In this document: positions 55,065-64,000 of the stretch, one piece after another
Layout: each line of letters starts with the position of its first letter
How positions within the stretch are numbered: position 1 is the first letter of the stretch
Sequence record: NC_028899.1
Reading direction: 5' to 3' (one strand)
Length of the DNA stretch: 64,000 bases
Translations under genes and position numbers: made by a program
The notes under the pieces: generated by a model
What the model was told of the DNA's origin: nothing
Database searches by the model: none
Seen by the model: only the letters and a program-made list of their open reading frames with translations

Positions 55065-55532
55065 TCATGATATCCTTACGAAGCTATCGATCCACTTCTC
55101 CAAGAACTCACGTTCCGTCGGACGAACAATCATTCCACCGAAAACAAGATGGCCGGAATACCGGATCGAGGGATTCCCATATGGCGTCGTCTCACCTATA
55201 CCGCGAGGAATCGTAGCCTTTTCCATGAAACGTGAGGGGCTGGCTGGCGGTCGAGGATACTTACGGATCATATCCGCCAATGTACTCAACTGCCAGTACT
55301 TGGTAAAGAATTCCGTCATATCGGAAAAATCGATCGGCGACGACTTTCCGACATTGCTCGCTTTATGAACAACCATTTCGACACCAGCGATGCTATCGAT
55401 ACCGTTGTTCGGATAACCGATGTAAGGACCATTCGAGATCCATTCGGTTTCATTTTCCGGTTGGCTTTTCGGCAACGGTGCATGACCGTTGCGCTTAAAC
55501 TGGTTGATATACGAAAAATTCGGACCGCTCAT
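55065..55532 (-). CDS. Hypothetical protein (155 aa)
   Basis: ORF with GAGG RBS after the SbcD-like gene. Confidence 0.6.
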   Translation of the reverse strand: MSGPNFSYINQFKRNGHAPLPKSQPENETEWISNGPYIGYPNNGIDSIAGVEMVVHKASNVGKSSPIDFSDMTEFFTKYWQLSTLADMIRKYPRPPASPSRFMEKATIPRGIGETTPYGNPSIRYSGHLVFGGMIVRPTEREFLEKWIDSFVRIS

Positions 55533-55538
55533 GATTCC

Positions 55539-56735
55539 TCACATAACGGATGTCATCAGTTCGTCAAAGTACTCACGCTCAGCATCATTGTTAAGCGTAA
55601 TTCCCAGACGTTCCAGAATGATCGATTTAATGTTCGACGAGTCGATGGTGAAAGGCACGTAATCAGCCTCGTCAGTAGTTTCTAACACAGTCGACGTGTC
55701 AACCTCATCCTCGTCAAGAATCTTCTTCGAGAAGTGAATGAATGGGTACATCGACTGATAAGACTCTATGCCAGCCAGAACCGGATGTCCACGGCGAGCA
55801 GCAAGCCTAAGATGAGAATGAGGACGCAGATTATCGCAGGTGTCCATGACCTGCTTGTGCGCAGCGTCAAGATCCTCAGCAACCTCCAGCGTCTTAAAAT
55901 CCATTGCATGTTCGTTAACCTGGAACGTAGCTTTAAAGTTCCCGTCGCGATTAACTACTGCATGAACGAACCCTTTCGGAGTCTCCATGCCGTGTCGCTG
56001 ACGGTCTGGTGAACCTTGGATTATGATTCTTCCTTCTCTCCGGAATTCGTGGTCGTGACCAACGAAGGTCAAGTAACGCACCAATTTCAGATATTCTTCC
56101 GAACTATGGAAGCGTGAGTGTCGGCCAACCGGTACTTGGAATTCGAAGAAGCCATGAATGAGAGCAAAGTCCACTTTGTCAAGCGCACGAGCTTCCATCA
56201 TGTCTTTTACCTGACGAAGCGTAACTTCGTCAGAAGTATTCTTTTCGTCCGGAATCACGAGCAGGTGAATATCCCAATTCTCCAGATACTCGATCGAAAC
56301 TTCCTTGACGTAACGCAGTCTGCATTTATCTGCTTCCTCGGCCGCATCATTAATAGCGACAAAGAGGTGAGATTGCAAACGATCGTGAGAGGGCGTGCCT
56401 TCAATCACGACGACATCGACGTCTGCTCTCGCACAACGAGCTAACAGACGCCGTATCCATGAAACAATGAACGGAACATCCCGATGGTTAACCGGGAGAC
56501 CTCGATCAAACACATCGCCGACAATAAAGAGGATGTTGATTCCCTTCAGAAAGTCGAACGACAACATGTGATCGAGGCCCTTGACCATGAACTCGGCCGG
56601 ATTGGATGCGCATCCCAGATGAATGTCCGAGATGCTGGCAACCTTAATCTGTGTCCAGTTCGTAGTCGCCGACGTCTGCAGCGTTGCGACCGCCTGCGCT
56701 ACTGAGGCCGACAGCTTTGTCTTTGTTGGGGTCAT
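55539..56735 (-). CDS. sbcD: SbcD/Mre11-like metallophosphoesterase nuclease (phiKZ gp65-like)
   Basis: DIHLG, GDVFD, GTPSHD, IHG, GHDH and QGSPDR motifs. Confidence 0.85.
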   Translation of the reverse strand: MTPTKTKLSASVAQAVATLQTSATTNWTQIKVASISDIHLGCASNPAEFMVKGLDHMLSFDFLKGINILFIVGDVFDRGLPVNHRDVPFIVSWIRRLLARCARADVDVVVIEGTPSHDRLQSHLFVAINDAAEEADKCRLRYVKEVSIEYLENWDIHLLVIPDEKNTSDEVTLRQVKDMMEARALDKVDFALIHGFFEFQVPVGRHSRFHSSEEYLKLVRYLTFVGHDHEFRREGRIIIQGSPDRQRHGMETPKGFVHAVVNRDGNFKATFQVNEHAMDFKTLEVAEDLDAAHKQVMDTCDNLRPHSHLRLAARRGHPVLAGIESYQSMYPFIHFSKKILDEDEVDTSTVLETTDEADYVPFTIDSSNIKSIILERLGITLNNDAEREYFDELMTSVM

Positions 56736-57366
56736 TTTGAAGGTTGATCAGATTCAGGATCTTGTCATGCTTGCCATAGCGCTCGAAGATCGCGTTCCAG
56801 ATACGGATGTTCTCGTACACCTGCTCGGTCGGCTTGTCCTTGATGTGCAGGCCCGAGAGCTTACGGTTCAGGAAGACCTGCGAACCGGCTGCGTCGAATT
56901 CCTTCAGGCGGGAGTAATGCCGCTCGATCAGCGTCATCGATTCGCCACCCGGCTTCGCCTGTTCGAGGATCGACGTATCGAACAGTGGCGGTACCGTGAA
57001 GAGAACATTGCCTTGCGTGTCGACGATGTCGACGGAGACTTTTTCGCCGCCTGCGACTTTTTCGAGCCAGGTCTGGTAGTTCACGTGAGCGGTCGGTGCA
57101 ACTTCGCCGGCGAACAGAGGCAGGAAATGCTCGACGAACAGTTCTTCCGGGAATTGCGAATTCTGCTCGACCAACGTCAGTTGATTCGAAATGCCGCGGA
57201 TGTCGATGCCGATACCCATGCGACGGTTCTTTTGCAGAGCTTCGAATACTTCCATCGCCTGCTTTTGGCGCGGATGAGGTTGGGCGACGTCGGTCGGCGG
57301 CTCAGCTTGACGCGGAGCGGTGTTGTCGAGTTTGTTGTCGAGTTCTTCTTGGGTTTTCGGTTTCAT
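56644..57366 (-). CDS. Conserved chimallivirus hypothetical protein
   Basis: 240 aa in the core block; VLFTVPPLF segment. Confidence 0.65.
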   Translation of the reverse strand: MKPKTQEELDNKLDNTAPRQAEPPTDVAQPHPRQKQAMEVFEALQKNRRMGIGIDIRGISNQLTLVEQNSQFPEELFVEHFLPLFAGEVAPTAHVNYQTWLEKVAGGEKVSVDIVDTQGNVLFTVPPLFDTSILEQAKPGGESMTLIERHYSRLKEFDAAGSQVFLNRKLSGLHIKDKPTEQVYENIRIWNAIFERYGKHDKILNLINLQNDPNKDKAVGLSSAGGRNAADVGDYELDTD

Positions 57367-57773
57367 GTCGGGCTTCCGGTTGCATCGAGTTTATAGATGC
57401 GCTGGACTTGAGTGCCCAGCAGGTCAATTGCTCGTGCGAGGGTGTACGGAACACCATTCGCTACGAAACTACATCCTATTTGGATGGTCTGTTTCGAATT
57501 ATCTTCCGAATCCGTGTAGATTCGACAGTCCATCTGGATATTCGTGAACTGAGTCGCGAAGTAATCGTTCAGATAGGAATTCAGTTGCGACGTAAGTTCG
57601 CCGTCCGAGGCTGCATCTGCGATCAGTGACTGATAAGAAGTCACTTTCGACTTGTCTTTGTAGAAATGCGTCTGAGACTTCTGCGTCGTGAAGAAATGGG
57701 CGAGCATGAAGTCTGCTTTTTCAAGCGGATTCTCCACCCAACCACTGGGAGAAAAGGTCGGTAATACGGCCAT
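57363..57773 (-). CDS. Conserved chimallivirus protein, phiKZ gp62-like
   Basis: PTFSPSGWV...KAD...HFF..QKSQ segment; synteny; ATG at 57773. Confidence 0.55.
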   Translation of the reverse strand: MAVLPTFSPSGWVENPLEKADFMLAHFFTTQKSQTHFYKDKSKVTSYQSLIADAASDGELTSQLNSYLNDYFATQFTNIQMDCRIYTDSEDNSKQTIQIGCSFVANGVPYTLARAIDLLGTQVQRIYKLDATGSPT

Positions 57774-57798
57774 GTTAGCACCCGAAAGCAAAAAAAAA

Positions 57799-57829
57799 AT
57801 ATGGTCAGGGGTTTATCCCCCGACCATAT
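57799..57829 (-). terminator. Intrinsic terminator
   Basis: ATATGGTC-AGGGG-TTTA-TCCCC-CGACCATAT followed on minus by a T10 run. Confidence 0.75.
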
Positions 57830-57836
57830 CCGAACA

Positions 57837-58493
57837 TTACATGTTCTCGTTCAACACCGAAGTCGGATCTTTCTTTTTCGCCGCATAATGCGCTTCGAGC
57901 ACATCCCACGTCGTCAAGATGTCGCCTTGTTCGATCACATCCAGAGGACGTTCGTCGTCTTCCGGCAAGAACAGATCGTGATAGGCGACCCATGCGTCGT
58001 CGCCGAAGCGATCGAAGTTGTTCGTGATGCCATGACGATCTTCCGTCCAGATGACACCATCGATCACACGCATGAAGTCCGGATCGTCGAACCCGCGACG
58101 ACCAGGGTGATAGTTGCGATACGAATCCGAATAGCCGTCGATTTCCTGATTGGCTTCCAGGATTCTCGACATGATGTTCGCCATGAGATAGCGCTGCATC
58201 GTCGGCTTGGCACGTTGCAGATCGTCGATTGTCCTGAGCGGACGCACGATATCCTTACGCATCGGATCGGCAGTATCGCGAACCCGGGCACGAATACGCC
58301 GCAGTGCTCGTTCGCCATTATAGCGTTCGAACACTTCGCGCGAGTCCTCAAAGAACCCATTGAAGAGTTCCGTGATTCTCGGCGCATAGCGTTCTACCCG
58401 GTCTCTCAGATAACCGAGAGTTCCCTGATGGGGTTCTCCAAACAATTCGGCGTCGATATCGTCTTCGCTGATATAACCGCCTCTGATTCCCAT
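57837..58493 (-). CDS. Conserved chimallivirus protein, phiKZ gp59-like
   Basis: 218 aa coupled to nvRNAP beta-prime N; YLMANIMSR...IDGYSDSY segment; synteny. Confidence 0.55.
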   Translation of the reverse strand: MGIRGGYISEDDIDAELFGEPHQGTLGYLRDRVERYAPRITELFNGFFEDSREVFERYNGERALRRIRARVRDTADPMRKDIVRPLRTIDDLQRAKPTMQRYLMANIMSRILEANQEIDGYSDSYRNYHPGRRGFDDPDFMRVIDGVIWTEDRHGITNNFDRFGDDAWVAYHDLFLPEDDERPLDVIEQGDILTTWDVLEAHYAAKKKDPTSVLNENM

Positions 58494-60124
58494 TAGTGCA
58501 GTGTCCTTACGCTAAACATTTTGTACATCCGATCCAACTTCTGGGGATCGGGTCTGCGCGCTGCTTCGCTGTAGTTGTACAGATGGTTCACCACAGACGA
58601 GACGATCGGCTTGGGCAACGGCATGTTGTCGCCGATCTTGCGCGGGCCGGACAGTTTCCACGCACCGAAATGCGGGGCCAGATAACGGAGTTCGTCCGTC
58701 GTCCAGTTGTCCATAGTCAGGAAGCCAAACATCTGATCGCCATCGAAGTCCGCGTTCGGGCCAGCAACCGAGATGATCGGATAGCTGATCGACATGATCT
58801 TCGGATTGGTCTTGATCTTCGTGATGAACATCCGCTGAATCGAAGTACGATACATAGACGGATTGCGGCCGAAGATACACGGGATACCGCGCTTGGGCGG
58901 ATACTTACGTGCGTCATAGGCGCCTTCACCAATCGGCTGACCAATCAGTTTGCCATCCTGGATCGACGCTTCGATCGTCGGAGACAATTCATACGGCGAT
59001 TCATCCAGCAACTCGTCGAAGAGCTCTTCGAGAAGCGGATGATGAACGTGCGTATGCGCATTCAGGAAATACGCTGCGTCATTGTGACCGAAGCCACGTT
59101 TGAACAGCTTACCCATCAGGTGCAGACGGAACGTCGTGACTGCCAGAGCCCACGGCAGATGAATCTCATCGTGATGATGCGGCTCCGTGAGCGAGTTGAT
59201 AACCGCCCGGAAGCTGAACCAACAGCGAGTCGCATATACGTGTTTTCGAACGAGGCCCGGTTTGCCGGCGATGAAGTTCTTTTCATAGTCACGTCCGAAC
59301 TCGGACAGTGCTTCGGAAAGCTTGGACGCACGATTTTCCTTTTGGGCAATCGAGAAGTCCTTGATCTCGCTGTCGATGCCGGAGATGTTCCGCACCGCAT
59401 CGATAATCGTCTTCAGCGTCGTATCCATGTACGTACCGAACTTGGTGTTTTCAATCACCAAGATGGTCTTGTTGTGGATCGGCACATACCGGGAGAAGAT
59501 GCGATCGCGATACATTGCGATGAAGATCTGCATCTCCTTGAGTTTTTCTTTTTTGTCCTTTGTTGAACTGAATTGTGGAAACTCACAAAGCTGACCGATG
59601 ATCCAGTCAAAATTGTGATAGAAGAAGTTCAGCCCCCGACGAATGCCGCGATTTTCGAGTTCGTCCATCCATCGACCATGATGCTGGCGATTCGGACGAT
59701 AGTCCGTATTCGTCAGATACTTGATGATGTTGAACTTCTGATTGCTGTTGTTCGAGAGGCTGAAGAAGTCCGACAGAAGCCGCCATGCCTGAGGATTGAT
59801 CAGGGCATCGACGCCTTCAGGCCGCTCAACCCAGATGATGGGCTCAAGCGGTTTGTCGAGCATCGGCTGGACCGCAGTCTTGCATTTTCGACAGATGGTC
59901 CCCTTTCCCTTTCTGTCGATGTGATGCTGGCCGATGGTTGCTCCGCACGAACACTTCGGAATAGTGTCGAGCAGATCGGTGTCGTTATACGTCACGAAGA
60001 AATTCTCGTCGAACGTCGATTTTTCCGTTTCGAGCGTATCGAGGACCTTGTTGACGATGATCGGGTCTGTTGTTATTTGCGAGAATAGCTCGTCATAGTT
60101 CTGCATTTCCAAATGTGTGCCCAT
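58493..60124 (-). CDS. rpoC: Non-virion RNA polymerase beta-prime N-terminal (catalytic) subunit (phiKZ gp55-56.1-like, uninterrupted)
   Basis: NADFDGDQM catalytic motif, GRNPSMYRTSIQ, N-terminal CSC...CRKC zinc finger; AAGGAGGT RBS. Confidence 0.95.
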   Translation of the reverse strand: MGTHLEMQNYDELFSQITTDPIIVNKVLDTLETEKSTFDENFFVTYNDTDLLDTIPKCSCGATIGQHHIDRKGKGTICRKCKTAVQPMLDKPLEPIIWVERPEGVDALINPQAWRLLSDFFSLSNNSNQKFNIIKYLTNTDYRPNRQHHGRWMDELENRGIRRGLNFFYHNFDWIIGQLCEFPQFSSTKDKKEKLKEMQIFIAMYRDRIFSRYVPIHNKTILVIENTKFGTYMDTTLKTIIDAVRNISGIDSEIKDFSIAQKENRASKLSEALSEFGRDYEKNFIAGKPGLVRKHVYATRCWFSFRAVINSLTEPHHHDEIHLPWALAVTTFRLHLMGKLFKRGFGHNDAAYFLNAHTHVHHPLLEELFDELLDESPYELSPTIEASIQDGKLIGQPIGEGAYDARKYPPKRGIPCIFGRNPSMYRTSIQRMFITKIKTNPKIMSISYPIISVAGPNADFDGDQMFGFLTMDNWTTDELRYLAPHFGAWKLSGPRKIGDNMPLPKPIVSSVVNHLYNYSEAARRPDPQKLDRMYKMFSVRTLH

Positions 60125-60164
60125 CCAACCTCCTTCTAAGCACGATTGTAAAAAGACTTACAGC

Positions 60165-60200
60165 CAGTATCCAATAGATGATATATCGTTGTACTTTTTT
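60165..60200 (-). promoter_or_regulatory. Putative early promoter plus conserved leader
   Basis: Minus strand AAAAAAGTACAACGATATATCATCTATTGGATACTG. Confidence 0.7.
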
Positions 60201-60293
60201 ACATATAGAGAACTGTGTATAAAAAAACACAACGATAAACCAAAAGAAAAATCCCAAGACTACTTGGATTTTTCTCATTGTCCTGCGCAGACA

Positions 60294-60572
60294 TCAACGC
60301 GCGGACAAACGATTGCTACGTGCCAATGACTTGGCATTCATCGCACGAAACATCACATCTTTGGCGGCATGCTCGAAACTCGACATGCGACGATCATAGT
60401 CGCATTCGATAATGTTCAGAGCAACGCTAAGCTCCACGAGAGGGAGTTCAGGAAATTTAGAGACAACTTCCTTAAAAGCTTCTTGCGATGTTGCGCCTTT
60501 CTCACGCGCATCGTTGTAAGTATCACGAATGTCAGCGAAGGCAATCAGGGTAGCATTTATGGTCTTATTCAT
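60294..60572 (-). CDS. Small hypothetical protein (92 aa)
   Basis: ORF between chimallin and beta-prime N. Confidence 0.55.
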   Translation of the reverse strand: MNKTINATLIAFADIRDTYNDAREKGATSQEAFKEVVSKFPELPLVELSVALNIIECDYDRRMSSFEHAAKDVMFRAMNAKSLARSNRLSAR

Positions 60573-60601
60573 TATGTTTCACTGGTTGACGGCAAAAGAA
60601 A

Positions 60602-60633
60602 AATAGAGAGATCCCCGAAGGGATCTCTCTATT
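60602..60633 (-). terminator. Chimallin terminator
   Basis: AATAGAGAGATCCC-CGAA-GGGATCTCTCTATT, then TTTCTTTT on minus. Confidence 0.85.
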
Positions 60634-60664
60634 CATGGAGGTACTACAGGCTTACGCCGGCAGC

Positions 60665-62611
60665 TTACCAGCGGTTGTCGTTGCGATCGCTGCGATCGTA
60701 GTAACGATCGTCGTAGCGGTCACGCGACTGACGCTGATTGCGATACAGACCACCGCTACCCGGACGGGACAGGATCGTATCGATGTTGCCGTACGTGGTG
60801 CGATAGCGATCGCTGCCATCGCGGCTGGACGACGTCGGGTTGAGCGACAGCTTGCAGCGGTTGATCGCCTCGATCAGCGCTTCGTCGAAACGGACGTCCC
60901 AGTTGTAACGCTGGTGGAAGCCCGTGATCACAGCGGTCGGCACGAAGTCACGGATGATCTCGTAGCGTTCCGACTGCGACAGCGTGCTGTCGTCGTTCGT
61001 CGATGCAGCCATGCCCCACTTCTGGATGAGAAGCAGGTCGTCTTCTTTTTCCGGACGCAGCATGTTGAGCAGCGCCAGATAGTCGAAGTCGCGCAGGTCC
61101 AGACGGACGCCGCGGTCACCTTCCGTGTAGTAGCCAGCGTGGATACGCTCGACATGGCTGTCGAGGATCGGTTCCGTACGACCGTACAGATCCTCGAAGT
61201 GGCCGTCGGTCAGAACGCAGGCCGCATCGTAGATGCGATCCATTGCCTTCTGGCTGCCTTGGGCCGCTGCCATGAGGTCCACGTGCTGCCACGTGGAGGC
61301 GCCGCATTCCGGTACGTCGATCGAGTGGATCACGCCGGGACGCACGGTGGTGCGCAGCAGAGCTTGACGCTTCGCAGCGGTGAAGCTCGCGTTCTTCGTT
61401 TCGAGGCGCTCGCCGAAACCGCGCTCCATGTCCTGGAGGTTGGGCTCGATGGCCAGCGCGCCGATGTTGCGCATGTCGTCTTCGCCGGTCGACAGGTTCG
61501 GTTCGAACGCACGCATCACTTCAGCGGACTCGCCCACCGCATGAGCCGTGGCGTGAGCCAGGAGCATGGTCGTCGGCGAGAAGTCGACGGTGTCGGTGAA
61601 CGTGTTGATGAAGCGCAGCGCGTACAGCTGGCATTCTTCGTTGCGACGATCGCTACGGCGAGCGTAGAGGTCGTTGCGAGCCGATGCACCTTCAGCCGGC
61701 GCATAGACGAAGTCGAAGTAGCCGCCGACACGCGAGATGCGGGTGCCGGTAACCAGCTGGTCGATCGGATCGCGGCTGTTGCGGCCGCGGTTTTCGCGCG
61801 AGATGAGATCGATGATCACGTCGGCACGGACCGGCAGATGGCCACGATCGTAGATGTGGTTCTGGCGGTGCTGGATGTGGATCGCGTTGTAGCTGTCGTC
61901 TTCCGAGGTCAGACGCAGTTGCGGCGCGTCCGGATCGTTGCGGTCGATGGCCGTCTTGATCGCGGCGAACGAGTTCTTCACGCAATCGGCGATCGCTTGC
62001 GGATCGTCCTTCGCGCTCGGGAAGCCGTCGTAGATCACTTCGGCATCGGCCGTGAACAGGTTCTTGCCCGGATAGGCACGACCCAGCACTTCCTTGACGA
62101 CGTCGCGAACCTTCGAGTCGTAGCCGTCGCCCGGCACTTGCACGATGGTCACGCGATTGCCGCGGAAGGTTTCTTCACGCGGACGCAGCGGTTCTGCCGA
62201 ACCCGCGAGCAGGAACGTGTGGTAGCCGACGCCGAGGCTTTCCTTGGCGCGCTTCGTACCCGCCACGACGATGCACGAGAACGGGATACCGGCGACGCTG
62301 GCGTCGATCGGGAACACCTGGCAGTTCAACATGTTGTTGTCGTCCTTCGCCGGCATTGCTTCGACGAAGTCGCGACGGAACTGCTCCAGTGCTTCTGCAG
62401 TACCCGACATCGCGATGGGAGTCGGGTTCATGCGGCCGATGCTGGACAGCGATGCGAAACGCGCACCGCTGCTTTCGCGACGGCTGTCTTCACGACGGCT
62501 TTGACGCTCGTCTTGTGCTTGTTGCGAACCCCGGCGCTGTTCGCTGTCGTCTTGCGCACGACGCATTGCTTCACGAACTTGGGAGGGTTGGTCCTTGCCT
62601 TCGATGCTCAT
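60665..62611 (-). CDS. chmA: Chimallin (phage nuclear shell protein, phiKZ gp54-like)
   Basis: ~648 aa directly upstream of nvRNAP beta-prime N, under an early promoter, with very biased codons. LPVRADVIIDL, RVGGYFDFVY and SIDVPECGASTW segments. Confidence 0.85.
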   Translation of the reverse strand: MSIEGKDQPSQVREAMRRAQDDSEQRRGSQQAQDERQSRREDSRRESSGARFASLSSIGRMNPTPIAMSGTAEALEQFRRDFVEAMPAKDDNNMLNCQVFPIDASVAGIPFSCIVVAGTKRAKESLGVGYHTFLLAGSAEPLRPREETFRGNRVTIVQVPGDGYDSKVRDVVKEVLGRAYPGKNLFTADAEVIYDGFPSAKDDPQAIADCVKNSFAAIKTAIDRNDPDAPQLRLTSEDDSYNAIHIQHRQNHIYDRGHLPVRADVIIDLISRENRGRNSRDPIDQLVTGTRISRVGGYFDFVYAPAEGASARNDLYARRSDRRNEECQLYALRFINTFTDTVDFSPTTMLLAHATAHAVGESAEVMRAFEPNLSTGEDDMRNIGALAIEPNLQDMERGFGERLETKNASFTAAKRQALLRTTVRPGVIHSIDVPECGASTWQHVDLMAAAQGSQKAMDRIYDAACVLTDGHFEDLYGRTEPILDSHVERIHAGYYTEGDRGVRLDLRDFDYLALLNMLRPEKEDDLLLIQKWGMAASTNDDSTLSQSERYEIIRDFVPTAVITGFHQRYNWDVRFDEALIEAINRCKLSLNPTSSSRDGSDRYRTTYGNIDTILSRPGSGGLYRNQRQSRDRYDDRYYDRSDRNDNRW

Positions 62612-62714
62612 CTTGATGTTTTCCTGTTTTGGAAGAAATGAAAAGTAGGTACGCATACCAGGATTAGTCACGTACGAGAAAGAATTGATCCGATTCCAAT
62701 GGCAGATCAACTTT

Positions 62715-62735
62715 GTAATATATCAATGAAATTTG
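62715..62735 (-). promoter_or_regulatory. Early promoter for chimallin
   Basis: Minus strand CAAATTTCATTGATATATTAC contains the exact phiKZ early consensus TATATTAC. Confidence 0.8.
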
Positions 62736-62911
62736 TTTAAATCGCACGATATACCACTGCACGCGAACATAGGTGCTGCAACACGCAGATGGTTTCATCT
62801 GCACAGTATAGGGGAAAAACAATAAGTTTTTATATCCCTAGACATTTCCCGGTCGCGCGTTCATGCTATGACTACGATTGCTAGAAAATTATCTTACATG
62901 GATGTGCTCGA

Positions 62912-63991
62912 ATGCTCAGCATCTTCAATGACCTTCACCCCCGGATGAAGGGTGTCATCAAATTCCCTGAGTGGACATTCATCCGCGATGGGATCATGAT
63001 GAACCTGGATCACACGAACAAGTACTACCGCAGTAGTGCTTATGCGGTTGGGTCGGATCACGAACTGATCAAATTGCTGTTCGGTTTGACCACGAGTACT
63101 GAACTCGATCTGGCTACCTATTACAAACGAGTCGATGCGAAAGCTTTGACTGTTGCACAACAACTGGGCTTTACGACTTCTATCAGCAAAGGACATGTTT
63201 TCAACAATGTGTTCTTTGGCGGCAAGAGTCGCGAGGTCATCATCGTTCATAACGAGACATTCGATCCGGAAGACGTAACGGCGCATTGGCAAGATGCACA
63301 GCCGATTCGGATCCTGCGTCATGGCTTTGACTTCATCGATTGCTTTCCTCTGCAAGGTCAGATCGAGAGCAATGGCGTGAGTGTCTTTGCCATCAATCTG
63401 TCTATGCTCGGGGTTCAATACCGAGCGTTTCGTCAGTGGCAGAAACAATTCAATGCAGGAGAAGTGGGTCGCAGTTCGATCTATCACTTCTGCTATTCGT
63501 ATCCGCTGAACAACATGATTTATGATGCGTTGGACCACTCGATGTTCAATCGACTGATCCGACTGCGTCAGAATCTTCCCACGAGCGACAACCAGTATCG
63601 TCATCCGTTTCACGTGACGAACTTTACGGTTCGTGCAGACAGAATCCTTCAGAAGGTTCTGGAAGTACTGGTTGCAAATCCACTCGATTTGTACAACATG
63701 TGTGCTACGATTCCTCTCGTGAATCAAGGCAGCTTGCTGAACCTGCTTCGGCTTCCGGACATCTACGAATCTCGGCAAGTGAACTGGGCCATTTACATGG
63801 CTCGGATCGAAATGCTGATGTTCCTGATGAGTTTCGATCAGAATCTGAAGATGATGAACCAAAGCGAACTGAGTAAGATCAAGTATGAACTGAATCTGTA
63901 TCTGCGAGACGGTACGATTCAGTCTGCTGTTCCTCACGAAATGTTCGTCCGGCAAAAAGCAGTGATTGAACAAATCGTTGCCAAAATGTGA
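62912..63991 (+). CDS. Conserved chimallivirus protein, phiKZ gp52/53-like
   Basis: 359 aa, divergent from chimallin; synteny. Confidence 0.6.
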   Translation: MLSIFNDLHPRMKGVIKFPEWTFIRDGIMMNLDHTNKYYRSSAYAVGSDHELIKLLFGLTTSTELDLATYYKRVDAKALTVAQQLGFTTSISKGHVFNNVFFGGKSREVIIVHNETFDPEDVTAHWQDAQPIRILRHGFDFIDCFPLQGQIESNGVSVFAINLSMLGVQYRAFRQWQKQFNAGEVGRSSIYHFCYSYPLNNMIYDALDHSMFNRLIRLRQNLPTSDNQYRHPFHVTNFTVRADRILQKVLEVLVANPLDLYNMCATIPLVNQGSLLNLLRLPDIYESRQVNWAIYMARIEMLMFLMSFDQNLKMMNQSELSKIKYELNLYLRDGTIQSAVPHEMFVRQKAVIEQIVAKM

Positions 63992-64000
63992 ATCATACAC

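Noticed and set aside
56644-56735. 92-nt overlap between the SbcD-like gene and the upstream gene as a frameshift site
   Set aside because: There is no slippery heptamer and an in-frame ATG exists at 56735. It is most simply a long overlap or uncertain start.
43651-60124. Introns, inteins or homing endonucleases in the nvRNAP genes, as in phiKZ gp55/56.1 and gp71/73
   Set aside because: Reading frames are continuous, and no HNH/LAGLIDADG ORF or intein motifs were seen.
1-64000. tRNA, rRNA, CRISPR arrays, integrase or transposase
   Set aside because: No cloverleaf, rRNA-like segment, regularly spaced repeat-spacer array, or recombinase motifs were found by inspection.

Overview
This is a 64-kb segment of a phiKZ-like, nucleus-forming jumbo phage (Chimalliviridae). 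Its composition suggests a Ralstonia/Burkholderia-type jumbo phage, but that is inference only. Gene order matches the phiKZ gp101-to-gp53 core region, mostly on the minus strand. From the left: a virion/head block (gp101-gp84-like), the exonuclease/motif-A half of the split family-B DNA polymerase (fused here to DUF4326), two SPRY-domain genes, thymidylate kinase, a virion RNAP beta-prime subunit, and an accessory region (33-41 kb). Then an SF2 helicase, the non-virion RNAP subunits (beta-prime C, beta C, gp68-like, catalytic beta-prime N with NADFDGD), the PicA/ChmC nuclear block, an SbcD-like nuclease and chimallin. phiKZ gp-number calls rest mostly on synteny, size and remembered motifs, not on database searches. 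The most novel signals are in the accessory region. (1) A cluster of structured minus-strand non-coding elements: a ~490-nt multi-stem/pseudoknotted RNA, a 90-nt RNA showing an anti-Shine-Dalgarno loop complementary to the nvRNAP beta-prime RBS, a 110-nt closed-stem RNA, and a 16-bp long-range helix bracketing a whole ORF. (2) An acyl-carrier-protein-like gene with its phosphopantetheine Ser replaced by Ala. Also noted: a candidate -1 frameshift, a hairpin+TATG terminator signature and a recurring early-promoter motif. No tRNA, rRNA, CRISPR array, intron or transposase was recognised.
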